Shown: positions 8,367 to 15,872, numbered from the stretch's first letter. The stretch: DNA of 24,000 nt from an uncultured Gammaproteobacteria bacterium (GCA_963823535.1 CAWGLZ010000004.1:291458-315457); one strand, 5' to 3'. Translations and numbers: made by a program. The notes: generated by a model not told the origin, from the sequence alone.

Positions 8367-9951
8367 GCCGACCGAACCCCATAGCGGCTTCGGCGCTGAC
8401 CCCGGCGTCTGTCCCGATCTCGCCACGGCGGATAGCCGCTGCGCGTTCCCTCACCGCCTGCTTCTGCCCGTCGGTCAGGCGAGCCACGTTCTTCACCTGC
8501 AGCGCCATGCGCGGGTTCCTGGCCAGCGCCGCTTCATGGCGCATCAGAAAGTCCCAGTACAAGGTGGTGAACGGGCAGGCGTTGTCGCTGCTGCGCTGCG
8601 CGGGGTCGTAACGGCAGCCCTTGCAGTGCGGGCTCATGCGCTCGATGTACTTACCGGTGGCGATGTAGGGCTTGCTGCCCATCACGCCGCCGTCAGCGTA
8701 CTGGCTCATGCCCAGGGTGTTGGGCAACTCGACCCACTCCACCGCGTCGACATAGACGGCCAGGTACCAGGCATGCACCTGCTTCGGGTCCACGCCCAGC
8801 ATCAGCGCAAAGAGGCCGGTGACCATCAGCCGCTGGATGTGGTTGGCGTAGCCGTGTGTCAGCGTCTGCGCGAGCGCATCGCGAAGGCAGGCCATGTCCG
8901 TGGCGCCGGTCCAGTACCATGTGGGCAGGTCGTCCTGGGCGTCGAGCGCGTTGCGCTCTAGATACTCGGGCATCTGGGTCCAGTAGATGCCGCGCACGTA
9001 CTCGCGCCAGCCGAGGACCTGGCGGATGAAGCCTTCGACACTCGCCAGTGGCGCTTGCCCGTCGTTGTGGGCCGCTTCGGCCGCAGCCACCACTTCGCGT
9101 GGATTCAGCAGCTTCAGATTGAGCGCGGCCGACAGGTGCGAGTGGTACAGCCAAGGGTCGCCCGGCCATATTGCGTCCTGGTAGCGGCCGAACAACGGCA
9201 GGCGCTCCTTGATAAAGGCGCGCACGGCTTGCAGCGCCTGCGCGCGGGTGACCGGCCAGGCGAAGCTGTCCAGCCGGCCGGGGTGCGCGGCAAAGCGGTT
9301 GCTGACGAGCGCGATTACGTCGCGCGTGATCTCATCCGGCGCGAAGATCGTCCGCGGCGGCACATCACCCGGGCCGGCAGCGCCGAAGGCCTCGCGGTTG
9401 TCGGCGTCGAAATTCCACTGCCCGCCGACAGGCTCATCGCCGACCATCAGCACGCGGTGGCGCTTTCGCTGCTCGCGATAGAAGTACTCCATCCGCAGGG
9501 ACCTGCGGCCCCTGGCATGTGCAGCGAATTCGGGAACGCTGCAAAAGAAGTGGCGGTCTTCGCGAATGTGCAGCGGCAAGCCGTTGGCCTCGGCCACCGC
9601 TTTGATCGCCTGCAGGACACGCCAGTCGCCCGGTGCAGTCATCACGAGCCGGGTCGGCCCCAGGAGCAGGATGTCGGCCTGCAACTGCGCTTGCAGGCTA
9701 CCCGCGTTGGCAGCGGCATCCAGTCGGGTGTAGTGCAACCGGCGGCCGGCAGCTTGCAAGGCCAGTGCGAAGTGCCGCATGGCCGCCAGGAACAAGGCCG
9801 TGCGCGGTTTGCTCGACCACACCTGGGTGGATTCTTCTGCCACCTCGGCCATCCAGACGGCGTCGAAGCCCGCATCGAAGTCATCGAACGCGGCGGCGTC
9901 GAGGTCGAGTTGGTCGCCGAGCACGACGATCAGATTGCGCAGCTTAGCCAC
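8359..9951 (-). CDS. phrB: FeS-cluster bacterial cryptochrome/photolyase (FeS-BCP; Agrobacterium PhrB / Rhodobacter CryB type (6-4) photolyase)
   Basis: 530 aa starting MAKLRNLIVVLGDQL (GTG start). Contains GFIRQVLGWREYVRGIYW and GYANHIQRLMVTGLFALMLGV. It has the four-Cys pattern expected for the [4Fe-4S] site: DMACLRD, then SPHCKGCRYDPAQRSSDNACPF (C-x2-C-x12-C). Confidence 0.9.
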   Translation of the reverse strand: MAKLRNLIVVLGDQLDLDAAAFDDFDAGFDAVWMAEVAEESTQVWSSKPRTALFLAAMRHFALALQAAGRRLHYTRLDAAANAGSLQAQLQADILLLGPTRLVMTAPGDWRVLQAIKAVAEANGLPLHIREDRHFFCSVPEFAAHARGRRSLRMEYFYREQRKRHRVLMVGDEPVGGQWNFDADNREAFGAAGPGDVPPRTIFAPDEITRDVIALVSNRFAAHPGRLDSFAWPVTRAQALQAVRAFIKERLPLFGRYQDAIWPGDPWLYHSHLSAALNLKLLNPREVVAAAEAAHNDGQAPLASVEGFIRQVLGWREYVRGIYWTQMPEYLERNALDAQDDLPTWYWTGATDMACLRDALAQTLTHGYANHIQRLMVTGLFALMLGVDPKQVHAWYLAVYVDAVEWVELPNTLGMSQYADGGVMGSKPYIATGKYIERMSPHCKGCRYDPAQRSSDNACPFTTLYWDFLMRHEAALARNPRMALQVKNVARLTDGQKQAVRERAAAIRRGEIGTDAGVSAEAAMGFGRHA

Positions 9952-10111
9952 GCCTGGTTTTCGCGCGTCGACAGGCCTCGGAGCAGTACTTCACGTCGGC
10001 CCAGTTCTTCGCCCAGCTGCGGCGCCAGCTCATGGGCAAGCCGCACGCCACACACGGCTTACTCGGCAAGCCGGCCTTGTTGCCGCGAAACGTGGCGCCC
10101 CGCAGCGTCAT
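9944..10111 (-). CDS. DUF2256-type small zinc-ribbon protein (55 aa); not in the supplied ORF track
   Basis: Hand translation: MTLRGATFRGNKAGLPSKPCVACGLPMSWRRSWAKNWADVKYCSEACRRAKTRRG*. It has the CxxC...W(R/K)(R/K)xW...VKYCSxxCR pattern. Its start shares TGATG with the dps stop (10109-10113). Its 3' end overlaps the photolyase GTG start by 8 nt (9944-9951). Confidence 0.8.
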   Translation of the reverse strand: MTLRGATFRGNKAGLPSKPCVACGLPMSWRRSWAKNWADVKYCSEACRRAKTRRG

Positions 10112-10605
10112 CACGCCTCGAGCAGACTGCGCAGCATCCAGGCTGTCTTCTCATGCACCTCGAGACGTTGCGTGAGCAGGTCGGCCGTCGGCTGGTCGTG
10201 GGCCTTCTCCACCAGGGGGAAGAGATTGCGGGCCGTGCGCGCCGTGGCCTCCTGCGCGTCCATGAGATGGCGGACCATCTTTGTTGCCTTGGGTACTCCG
10301 TGGACCTCCTTGATTGACGCGAGCTTCACGAACTCCTTGTACGTGCCGGGTGCCGGATGGCCGAGCGCGCGGATACGCTCGGCGATGATATCGAGCGCAT
10401 TCCACTGTTCGGTGTACTGGGCCATGAACATCAGGTGCAGGCTGTTGAAGTGCGGGCCGGTGACGTTCCAATGGAAGTTGTGGGTCATCAAGTAGAGGGT
10501 GTAACTGTCAGCGAGGAGGGCCGAAAGTCCGCGTGCGATCCTCGCGCGCTCGACGGCCGAAATCCCGATGTCGATCGAACCGTCAGCAGACTTCGCTTTG
10601 GACAT
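10111..10605 (-). CDS. dps: Dps-family DNA-protecting ferritin-like protein
   Basis: 164 aa. Contains LLADSYTLYLMTHNFHWNVTGPHFNSLHLMFMAQYTEQWNALDIIAERIRALG and LLTQRLEVHEKTAWMLRSLL (Dps ferroxidase-site helices). AAGGAG lies upstream of the ATG. Confidence 0.9.
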   Translation of the reverse strand: MSKAKSADGSIDIGISAVERARIARGLSALLADSYTLYLMTHNFHWNVTGPHFNSLHLMFMAQYTEQWNALDIIAERIRALGHPAPGTYKEFVKLASIKEVHGVPKATKMVRHLMDAQEATARTARNLFPLVEKAHDQPTADLLTQRLEVHEKTAWMLRSLLEA

Positions 10606-10622
10606 GATTGAGACTCCTTAGG

Positions 10623-12026
10623 TTAGGCGAACGCAGCGAGCGCCTTCAGCAATTCCCCCCGCTCAGCCGGAGTTTCGCGAGTGCTGGGCAACACGTGCTT
10701 CGCATGCGGTCGGCGATCGAGCCAGAACTCGCCACTGACCTTGCCGGCCTCCGTGGCTGCCGCCAGCCAGACGATGGTGTCGGCACCCTCTTCCGGAGTG
10801 CGCAACACCCGCTCCGTGACTCGATGGAACTCCGGCAGCGCCACAACCACCCCGGGGGTGTCGGCCCAACCTGGGTGCATGGCGTTGACCACGATGCCAT
10901 CCTTGGCCCAGCGACGTGCCCATTCCTCGGTCAGGATCATCAGTCCGCGTTTTGCGCGCGCGTAGGCGACTGACCCGGAGTAGGTACCTTTCTTGTTCTG
11001 CAGGTCGTCGACGTGGATCCTCTGAGTGTACATGCCGCCTGAAAGTACGTTGACGACGCGCGCGACGCCATGCTCACCCGCCGCGTTTTTGAGCAACGCG
11101 TGCAATTGCGAGGTCAGCAGGTACGGGCTCAGGAGTAACAGCGAAAAGCTCTTCTCGAGGCCCTCGGCCGTTTCCTCGCGAGGATTGATCAGCGCCCCGG
11201 CATTGTTGACCAGCACGTCGATGGCCTTGCCCCTCTTCAGCAGGCGAGCGGCCAAGGCCCTGACGTCCTTGAGCAGGCTGAGCTCGGCGATCTCGACGTG
11301 GATCCGCTTGTTGCCGAACCGGCGCTCGAGGTTCTTCGCGACGCGTTTCGCCTTGCTCGCATTGCGCGCCACGAGCGTCAGCTCCGCTCCGCGCGCCGCC
11401 AGGGCCTCTGCGGTCGCGAGGCCCAACCCAGACGTCGCTCCCGTGATCACGATGTGGCGATCGCGCAGATACGCCGACACGGGGTTCCAGTGCCTGCGAG
11501 CCGACCGGTAGCCGAAGCGGGTGAAACACAGCATGCCAGGCGCGACCAGTTTGTCGGCCAGCACTGAGCCCCAGGTCGCACGCGGCGGGTCGAACCGGTC
11601 TTCGAGCGCCCGCTTCATGCCGGCCATGGCGCTCTTGCCGACACGATTCATCACGCCCGGAAACGTCTTCGCCAGGCGGGCCAGTGGCGCAACGAAGTCG
11701 AAGGTGGCGACGTAGCGGACTCGCGTACCGTCGGCGGTCCGCTTGAAGAAGATCTCTTCCCGCGCCGTGAAGGGTTTCGAATCGACCGTCATGAGCAGGC
11801 GACGCTCTGGCTCCCACTCGACAACGGAGTAGCGCAGCGAAAAGCCCGCCTTCATGTCGATCCGGAACTGGCTGCCTACACCGAGCGGGCCTTCGGTCGA
11901 GCGCACGCCGCGCGCCACGGCCGGGTCCCATTCCTCGATGCGGGAGAACTCGGAGATGTAGGCAAACACCTCGCGCAGCGGCCGGTGCACCTCGATGGTC
12001 TCGTCGAGCTGGATCGTCCTGGTCAT
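10623..12026 (-). CDS. Two-domain protein: N-terminal SRPBCC (polyketide cyclase/dehydrase-like) domain fused to a classical short-chain dehydrogenase/reductase
   Basis: From ATG 12026: MTRTIQLDETIEVHRPLREVFAYISEFSRIEEWDPAV...RYSVVEWEPERRLLM (SRPBCC-like). Then HIVITGATSGLGLATAEALAARGAELTLVARN, VLVNNAG, and YARAKRGLMILT (YxxxK). The 31 extra N-terminal codons in the ORF track are Arg/Pro-rich and unlikely to be translated. Confidence 0.85.
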   Translation of the reverse strand: MTRTIQLDETIEVHRPLREVFAYISEFSRIEEWDPAVARGVRSTEGPLGVGSQFRIDMKAGFSLRYSVVEWEPERRLLMTVDSKPFTAREEIFFKRTADGTRVRYVATFDFVAPLARLAKTFPGVMNRVGKSAMAGMKRALEDRFDPPRATWGSVLADKLVAPGMLCFTRFGYRSARRHWNPVSAYLRDRHIVITGATSGLGLATAEALAARGAELTLVARNASKAKRVAKNLERRFGNKRIHVEIAELSLLKDVRALAARLLKRGKAIDVLVNNAGALINPREETAEGLEKSFSLLLLSPYLLTSQLHALLKNAAGEHGVARVVNVLSGGMYTQRIHVDDLQNKKGTYSGSVAYARAKRGLMILTEEWARRWAKDGIVVNAMHPGWADTPGVVVALPEFHRVTERVLRTPEEGADTIVWLAAATEAGKVSGEFWLDRRPHAKHVLPSTRETPAERGELLKALAAFA

Positions 12027-12201
12027 GCTCGTCCCGGGATGACGGAAAGGCGCCTGACGCCCGCGCGGACATATTCGCCGCACCCGGGCGTATGGATGCA
12101 CCGCGCGAGCACCATCCAACCGTCGACGGCGGGCGTCATTTCCTTAGTCCGTTCCTCCGATTGCGCGAATCGGCCGAGACGACCTGCCCCGCAGCTGCCG
12201 C

Positions 12202-13671
12202 TCACGCATCGTCGAGCGCTTCTGCCCGGCGTGCAACTTCTGCCACGGCACCATGCACCAGCGGGCTGTATAGCGGCAGGTGGGCGTACCAGTACAAGAG
12301 CCCCCAGAACCCGGCCGGGTGCCAGTACGCACAGAGTTCCACCACCCGCCGGTCGCCCCGCTCCCGGATGTTGAACTCCTGCAGGCCCGAGCCGGGCGCG
12401 CGCATCAGCATCGACAGCGTCAGCCGCTCGTTCTGCTTCATGCCGAGCACGCGCCACCCGTCCGCCACGTCGCCCATGCGCAGCGTGTCGGGATCGCGTC
12501 GGCCGGTCCGGAAGCTCGGGCCGCCGATCAGCCAGTCGAACGCGCGACGCAGCCACCACAGCGGGCGATACGAGAAGAAGTCGCCGTCCTTGCCGAACTG
12601 CTGCAGCACCTTGAAGAGCGCCTCGCGGGAAGCGCCGGTTTCATGGCTGCCGCAGAACTTCTTCGCATAAAACGAGTAGCGCGGGTTCCAGTCGCGGCAG
12701 GCAATGGCCCCCTCGACCCAGCGTGCGGGGGTCTGGTGGTTTTTCTCCGCCTCCAGCGTCACGGCGACGGACTCGCGGAAGGTGAGCAGGCGCTGTGGCA
12801 CCAGCTCGCGAATCTCGCGGCTGTCCCCGATGTAGTCGTGCGACAGTCCCTCGACCAGCGACATAGCCGTGGTCGGTGGCACGGAGGTGACGAAATACAG
12901 CCAGTAGCTGGAGAGTCTCGGCGTCAGCACGGGCACGGGAATCACCCTCGGCTTCTTGCCGACGAACTCCCCGTAGATTTCCAGGATCTGCTGGTAGGTG
13001 AGCACATCGGGCCCGGCGAGCTCGAGAATCCGGTGGCCTTCGAACGGCAGGTCCGCGGCAGCGATCATGTAGGTCAGCACGTTCTCGAGGGCAATCGGCG
13101 TCGAGCGCCGGCGCACCCACTTCGGCGTGATCATGATCGGCAGGTGGTTGACGAGGTCGCGGATGACCTCGAAGGCCGCCGAGCCGGGCCCGACGATCAT
13201 CGCCGCCTGCAGCTCGATGACCTGGACCGAGCCCTCGCGGAGCGCATCGCCGACGACGGCCCGGCCCTCCATGTGCCGGGAGCGCTTCTCCTTCGGCATG
13301 ATGCCGCCCAGGTAAACGATGCGGCGTACCCCTGCGGCCTTGCACGCCCTGCGCGCGTTCTCGGCCGCCCGACGCTCGACAGGCACGAAGTCGCCCCCGG
13401 TCCACATCATGTGCACGAGGTAGAAGACGACGTCCGCGCCCTCGAGCACCGGGCCGAGCGTCTCCGGTTGCAGCACGTCCGCCGACCAGCACTCGACGCC
13501 CGGCCATTCGCGGGCCTCGAGCACGGCGGCGCTGCGCGCGACCGCACGCACGTGCCAACCGTGGGCGGCCAGCGCCGGCGCCAGATTCGAACCCATGTAG
13601 CCGCTCGCGCCGAGGACCACGGCGATCGGCCTTCGTGAGGAGCTCGAGGGGCTGGAGTGGGCGTCGTCCAT
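12202..13671 (-). CDS. NAD(P)-binding (atypical SDR / NmrA-like) domain fused to a DUF2867-like C-terminal domain
   Basis: 489 aa. Contains IAVVLGASGYMGSNLAPALAAHGWHVRAVARS (GxxGxxG Rossmann motif). The C-terminal half reads DWNPRYSFYAKKFCGSHE...DVADGWRVLGMKQNERLTLSMLMRAPGSGLQEF...YWHPAGFWGLLYWYAHLPLYSPLV. It is the first gene of the minus-strand cluster. Confidence 0.85.
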   Translation of the reverse strand: MDDAHSSPSSSSRRPIAVVLGASGYMGSNLAPALAAHGWHVRAVARSAAVLEAREWPGVECWSADVLQPETLGPVLEGADVVFYLVHMMWTGGDFVPVERRAAENARRACKAAGVRRIVYLGGIMPKEKRSRHMEGRAVVGDALREGSVQVIELQAAMIVGPGSAAFEVIRDLVNHLPIMITPKWVRRRSTPIALENVLTYMIAAADLPFEGHRILELAGPDVLTYQQILEIYGEFVGKKPRVIPVPVLTPRLSSYWLYFVTSVPPTTAMSLVEGLSHDYIGDSREIRELVPQRLLTFRESVAVTLEAEKNHQTPARWVEGAIACRDWNPRYSFYAKKFCGSHETGASREALFKVLQQFGKDGDFFSYRPLWWLRRAFDWLIGGPSFRTGRRDPDTLRMGDVADGWRVLGMKQNERLTLSMLMRAPGSGLQEFNIRERGDRRVVELCAYWHPAGFWGLLYWYAHLPLYSPLVHGAVAEVARRAEALDDA

Positions 13672-13838
13672 GAAAATCGGCCGGTGGATCCTTCACTGCG
13701 TTCACTGGCGATGAAGCATTACAGCACGCGAACTGATCCTCGAGCATTGGGAACAGTCCCAAGGTTCGCATTCACAGCGACCGATCTTGTCCCGCCCGAT
13801 CCAGGAATACACTGACGATCCCGCGGTATGACTACGCT

Positions 13839-13860
13839 GGGAAATAGCGTGCCATTTCCC
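13839..13860. promoter_or_regulatory. Perfect 7-bp inverted repeat GGGAAAT-N8-ATTTCCC in the divergent intergenic region (candidate operator)
   Basis: Read directly: gggaaat agcgtgcc atttccc. It lies in the 374-bp lower-GC gap between the operon start (13671, minus) and the LOV-like gene (14046, plus). A tandem TTCACTG-N2-TTCACTG sits at 13692-13707, and a TTGACA at about 14006. Confidence 0.25.
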
Positions 13861-14045
13861 ATGTCCCTGGCTCCCAAAGATAGGCCACAAATTGTGCGCC
13901 AGAAGTCCGGACGTCAATCCGTTCTTGCCGAGCGAGGACGTGAGGAGCAAGCTCGGGGCGTTAAATGTCGGGTACAACACTGCCGCTGTTCCCCAGGCAG
14001 CGCGGTTGACAATGACCCGAAACCCACAACTCAAGGAGACGATGG

Positions 14046-14441
14046 ATGACACGCACTGCAACCCTGTCCGCCGAAGCCTTGGTCGCTTCCCTCAGGGCAA
14101 TTGCCGACCATAGCTTCGACTCGATCATGATCACCCGTGCCGGCAAGGAATCGCCGATTCTCTACGTCAACAAAGCATTCACGGCGCTGACCGGCTACAG
14201 CGCCAAGAGCGTGATCGGAAAATCACCGGTGCTGCTGCAGGGGGCGGCGACCGAAAGAGCCCCCCTCGATGCACTGCGTCGTTGCATGGAAAAGGGCAAG
14301 GTTTTCGAAGGTCGCGCCATCAACTACGACAGCAAAAAGAGGCCCTTCGTCATGCATTGGCGCGTGGTACCCGTCAAGCTGGCGAGAGGAAAGCCCGCGG
14401 AGTACTACATCGCCATTCAGCGCAGGGGCAACTCGGGTTGA
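14046..14441 (+). CDS. Stand-alone short PAS protein of the LOV type, lacking the adduct-forming cysteine
   Basis: AAGGAGA lies 6 nt upstream of the ATG. 131 aa: ...SIMITRAGKESPILYVNKAFTALTGYSAKSVIGKSPVLLQGAATERAPLDALRRCMEKGKVFEGRAINYDSKKRPFVMHWRVVPVKL...YYIAIQRR. It matches the LOV consensus YVNxAFxxLTGYS...GxNCRFLQG...NYxKxGxxF...IGIQ, except that NCRF reads SPVL (Pro codon at 14226-14228). Confidence 0.85.
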   Translation: MTRTATLSAEALVASLRAIADHSFDSIMITRAGKESPILYVNKAFTALTGYSAKSVIGKSPVLLQGAATERAPLDALRRCMEKGKVFEGRAINYDSKKRPFVMHWRVVPVKLARGKPAEYYIAIQRRGNSG

Positions 14442-14696
14442 GAGGTCTCAGAAGGTGAGGCCGACATCGCCAGCATCGAAGTGGAACTGACCGCAACGCG
14501 GTCACAGCTCACCAAAGCGCTTGATGCTCTGGGTGCATAGCAGCGGAGTCTCGCCTTGCCGCGGTCGCAGAAGTGCAGACGGGCGTGGCAAGGGGCGGGA
14601 TCGAATCCAGCACATCGCACTGGGCGAACTGGCTCGATGAGCACCCGCACACCCGCGGCCGTTCCGGATCGCCCCGATCAACCCAGGAGAGTTTCC

Positions 14697-15221
14697 ATGT
14701 TCACATCGATTGCTTCCGTGCGTCTGCGCACTTTGCTGCCGCTTGCCGCGCTGCTATCCGGCGCACTGGCGTTCCAAGGAGCCAACGCCTATGAGTCTAA
14801 GGCCAAGGCGCCCGCTGACATCGTCGACACGGCCGTGGCGGCTGGCAGCTTCAAAACGCTGGCCACTGCGCTCGAGGCCGCCGGTCTCGTCGAGACCCTC
14901 AAGGGCCCTGGTCCTTTCACCGTGTTCGCTCCGACGGACGAGGCCTTCGCCAAGCTGCCCGCCGGCACCCTCGAGTCGTTGCTGAAGCCTGAGAACAAGG
15001 CGAAGCTTGCAGGGATCCTCACTTACCACGTCGTGGCGGGCAAAGTGATGGCCGCGGACGTCGTAAAACTGACGAGCGCGAAGACCGTCAACGGCCAGTC
15101 GGTCAAGATTGCGGTGGACGGCGGCAAGGTCAAGGTCGATGGCGCGAATATCGTCAAGACGGACGTTGGCGCGAGCAATGGCGTCATCCACGTGATCGAT
15201 GCCGTGCTCCTGCCGAAGTAG
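14697..15221 (+). CDS. Secreted fasciclin (FAS1) domain protein
   Basis: AGGAGA at 14685-14690. Signal peptide [34 protein letters not shown]1 motifs [56 protein letters not shown] and [13 protein letters not shown]. The longer ORF-track version (from 14556) adds an implausible N-terminus. Confidence 0.9.
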   Translation: MFTSIASVRLRTLLPLAALLSGALAFQGANAYESKAKAPADIVDTAVAAGSFKTLATALEAAGLVETLKGPGPFTVFAPTDEAFAKLPAGTLESLLKPENKAKLAGILTYHVVAGKVMAADVVKLTSAKTVNGQSVKIAVDGGKVKVDGANIVKTDVGASNGVIHVIDAVLLPK

Positions 15222-15232
15222 CGTCCTGCTGG

Positions 15233-15265
15233 GCACCGCCCCCCTGCGCGGGGGGGCGGTGCTTT
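15233..15265 (+). terminator. Rho-independent terminator of the fasciclin gene
   Basis: GCACCGCCCCCC (15233-15244), a 6-nt loop, GGGGGGCGGTGC (15251-15262), then TTT. The stem is a perfect 12 bp. Confidence 0.8.
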
Positions 15266-15355
15266 CGCCGGAAGCGCAGTCAGCGCAGAGCAGGTCGGCC
15301 ACAAGCTTCAAATGCGCTTCAAGACCGCCACCATGAGGATGGAGGCCCGAGCGCC

Positions 15356-15577
15356 GTGAGACCTGCACGAAAGGTGTATCGGCTCCTGGTCGTCGTTGGC
15401 AACGTGCTCACGGTGATCGGCTGCTCCGGCTTGCTGCTTGCTGCGACTGGGCTCATACCGGTGCAGTCTTTTGCGGTTGGTATTTCATCGGGCGTCCGTG
15501 TAATCGGTTCGCTAGCCATCGCCGGGTGCCTGCTGAGCGCCATTGGCTACGGCGTGGAAGAGTATCTCGAGAAGTAA
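15356..15577 (+). CDS. Small hydrophobic protein, 73 aa, 2 predicted TM helices
   Basis: GTG start with GGAGG ~10 nt upstream. Product: MRPARKVYRLLVVVGNVLTVIGCSGLLLAATGLIPVQSFAVGISSGVRVIGSLAIAGCLLSAIGYGVEEYLEK. First of three tightly spaced small ORFs. Confidence 0.5.
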   Translation: MRPARKVYRLLVVVGNVLTVIGCSGLLLAATGLIPVQSFAVGISSGVRVIGSLAIAGCLLSAIGYGVEEYLEK

Positions 15578-15594
15578 TAGAGCCGGAGGCTCAC

Positions 15595-15777
15595 ATGTTC
15601 AGGAAATCGGACTACTTCATTCTCTTGGCCGTGATGATTTCATTCGTCATTTCGGCCTATCTCTGGTTTGTCGCGCAGGATCGTGAGCAGGCGATCTTCA
15701 CCGCAATCTGGATTCCGGCCATCTTCGGCTTCGGATGCTACTTCAAGCTTGCCGCGCTGCTGGCGAGGAAGCAGTGA
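15595..15777 (+). CDS. Small hydrophobic protein, 60 aa, 2 predicted TM helices
   Basis: ATG 15595 with GGAGG at 15585-15589 (5-nt spacer). Product: MFRKSDYFILLAVMISFVISAYLWFVAQDREQAIFTAIWIPAIFGFGCYFKLAALLARKQ. The ORF-track version starts upstream at 15526, inside the previous ORF. Confidence 0.6.
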   Translation: MFRKSDYFILLAVMISFVISAYLWFVAQDREQAIFTAIWIPAIFGFGCYFKLAALLARKQ

Positions 15778-15872
15778 TGGCTCCCGATCTCATGTTCTGG
15801 GGCTCCGTGGTGTTTGCGCTTCTGGTCGTCGGGCTAGTCCTGACTGTCCGCGAGTTCCGCACGCTCAAGTGA
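15777..15872 (+). CDS. Very small single-TM peptide, 31 aa (not in the ORF track)
   Basis: The ATG overlaps the previous stop as TGATG (15775-15779). Product: MAPDLMFWGSVVFALLVVGLVLTVREFRTLK*. Confidence 0.4.
   Translation: MAPDLMFWGSVVFALLVVGLVLTVREFRTLK

Noticed and set aside
7110-10317. Plus-strand ORFs opposite the photolyase genes (7110..7760, 7313..7795, 7833..8384, 8320..8961, 9055..10317, 9779..10495)
   Set aside because: They lie antisense to genes with unambiguous family motifs. Their products are Arg/Gly/Ala-rich with no domain signatures.
12280-13771. 452-aa plus-strand ORF (12280..13638) and 376-aa minus-strand ORF (12641..13771)
   Set aside because: They lie antisense to, or frame-shifted from, the NAD-binding/DUF2867 gene (12202..13671). 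That gene has a clean Rossmann motif and hydrophobic core pattern, while these ORFs are Arg/Pro/Gly-rich.
14595-14619. Isolated T-arm-like motifs (GCGGG-ATCGAAT-CCAGC here; also GGGTTTGATTCCCC near 20780 and GGGGGCTTGATTCGCACCC near 23025)
   Set aside because: Each has a non-canonical T loop (A54, or C56 lost), poor stem complementarity and no acceptor partner or cloverleaf. These single motifs are weak enough to be chance or extreme decay.
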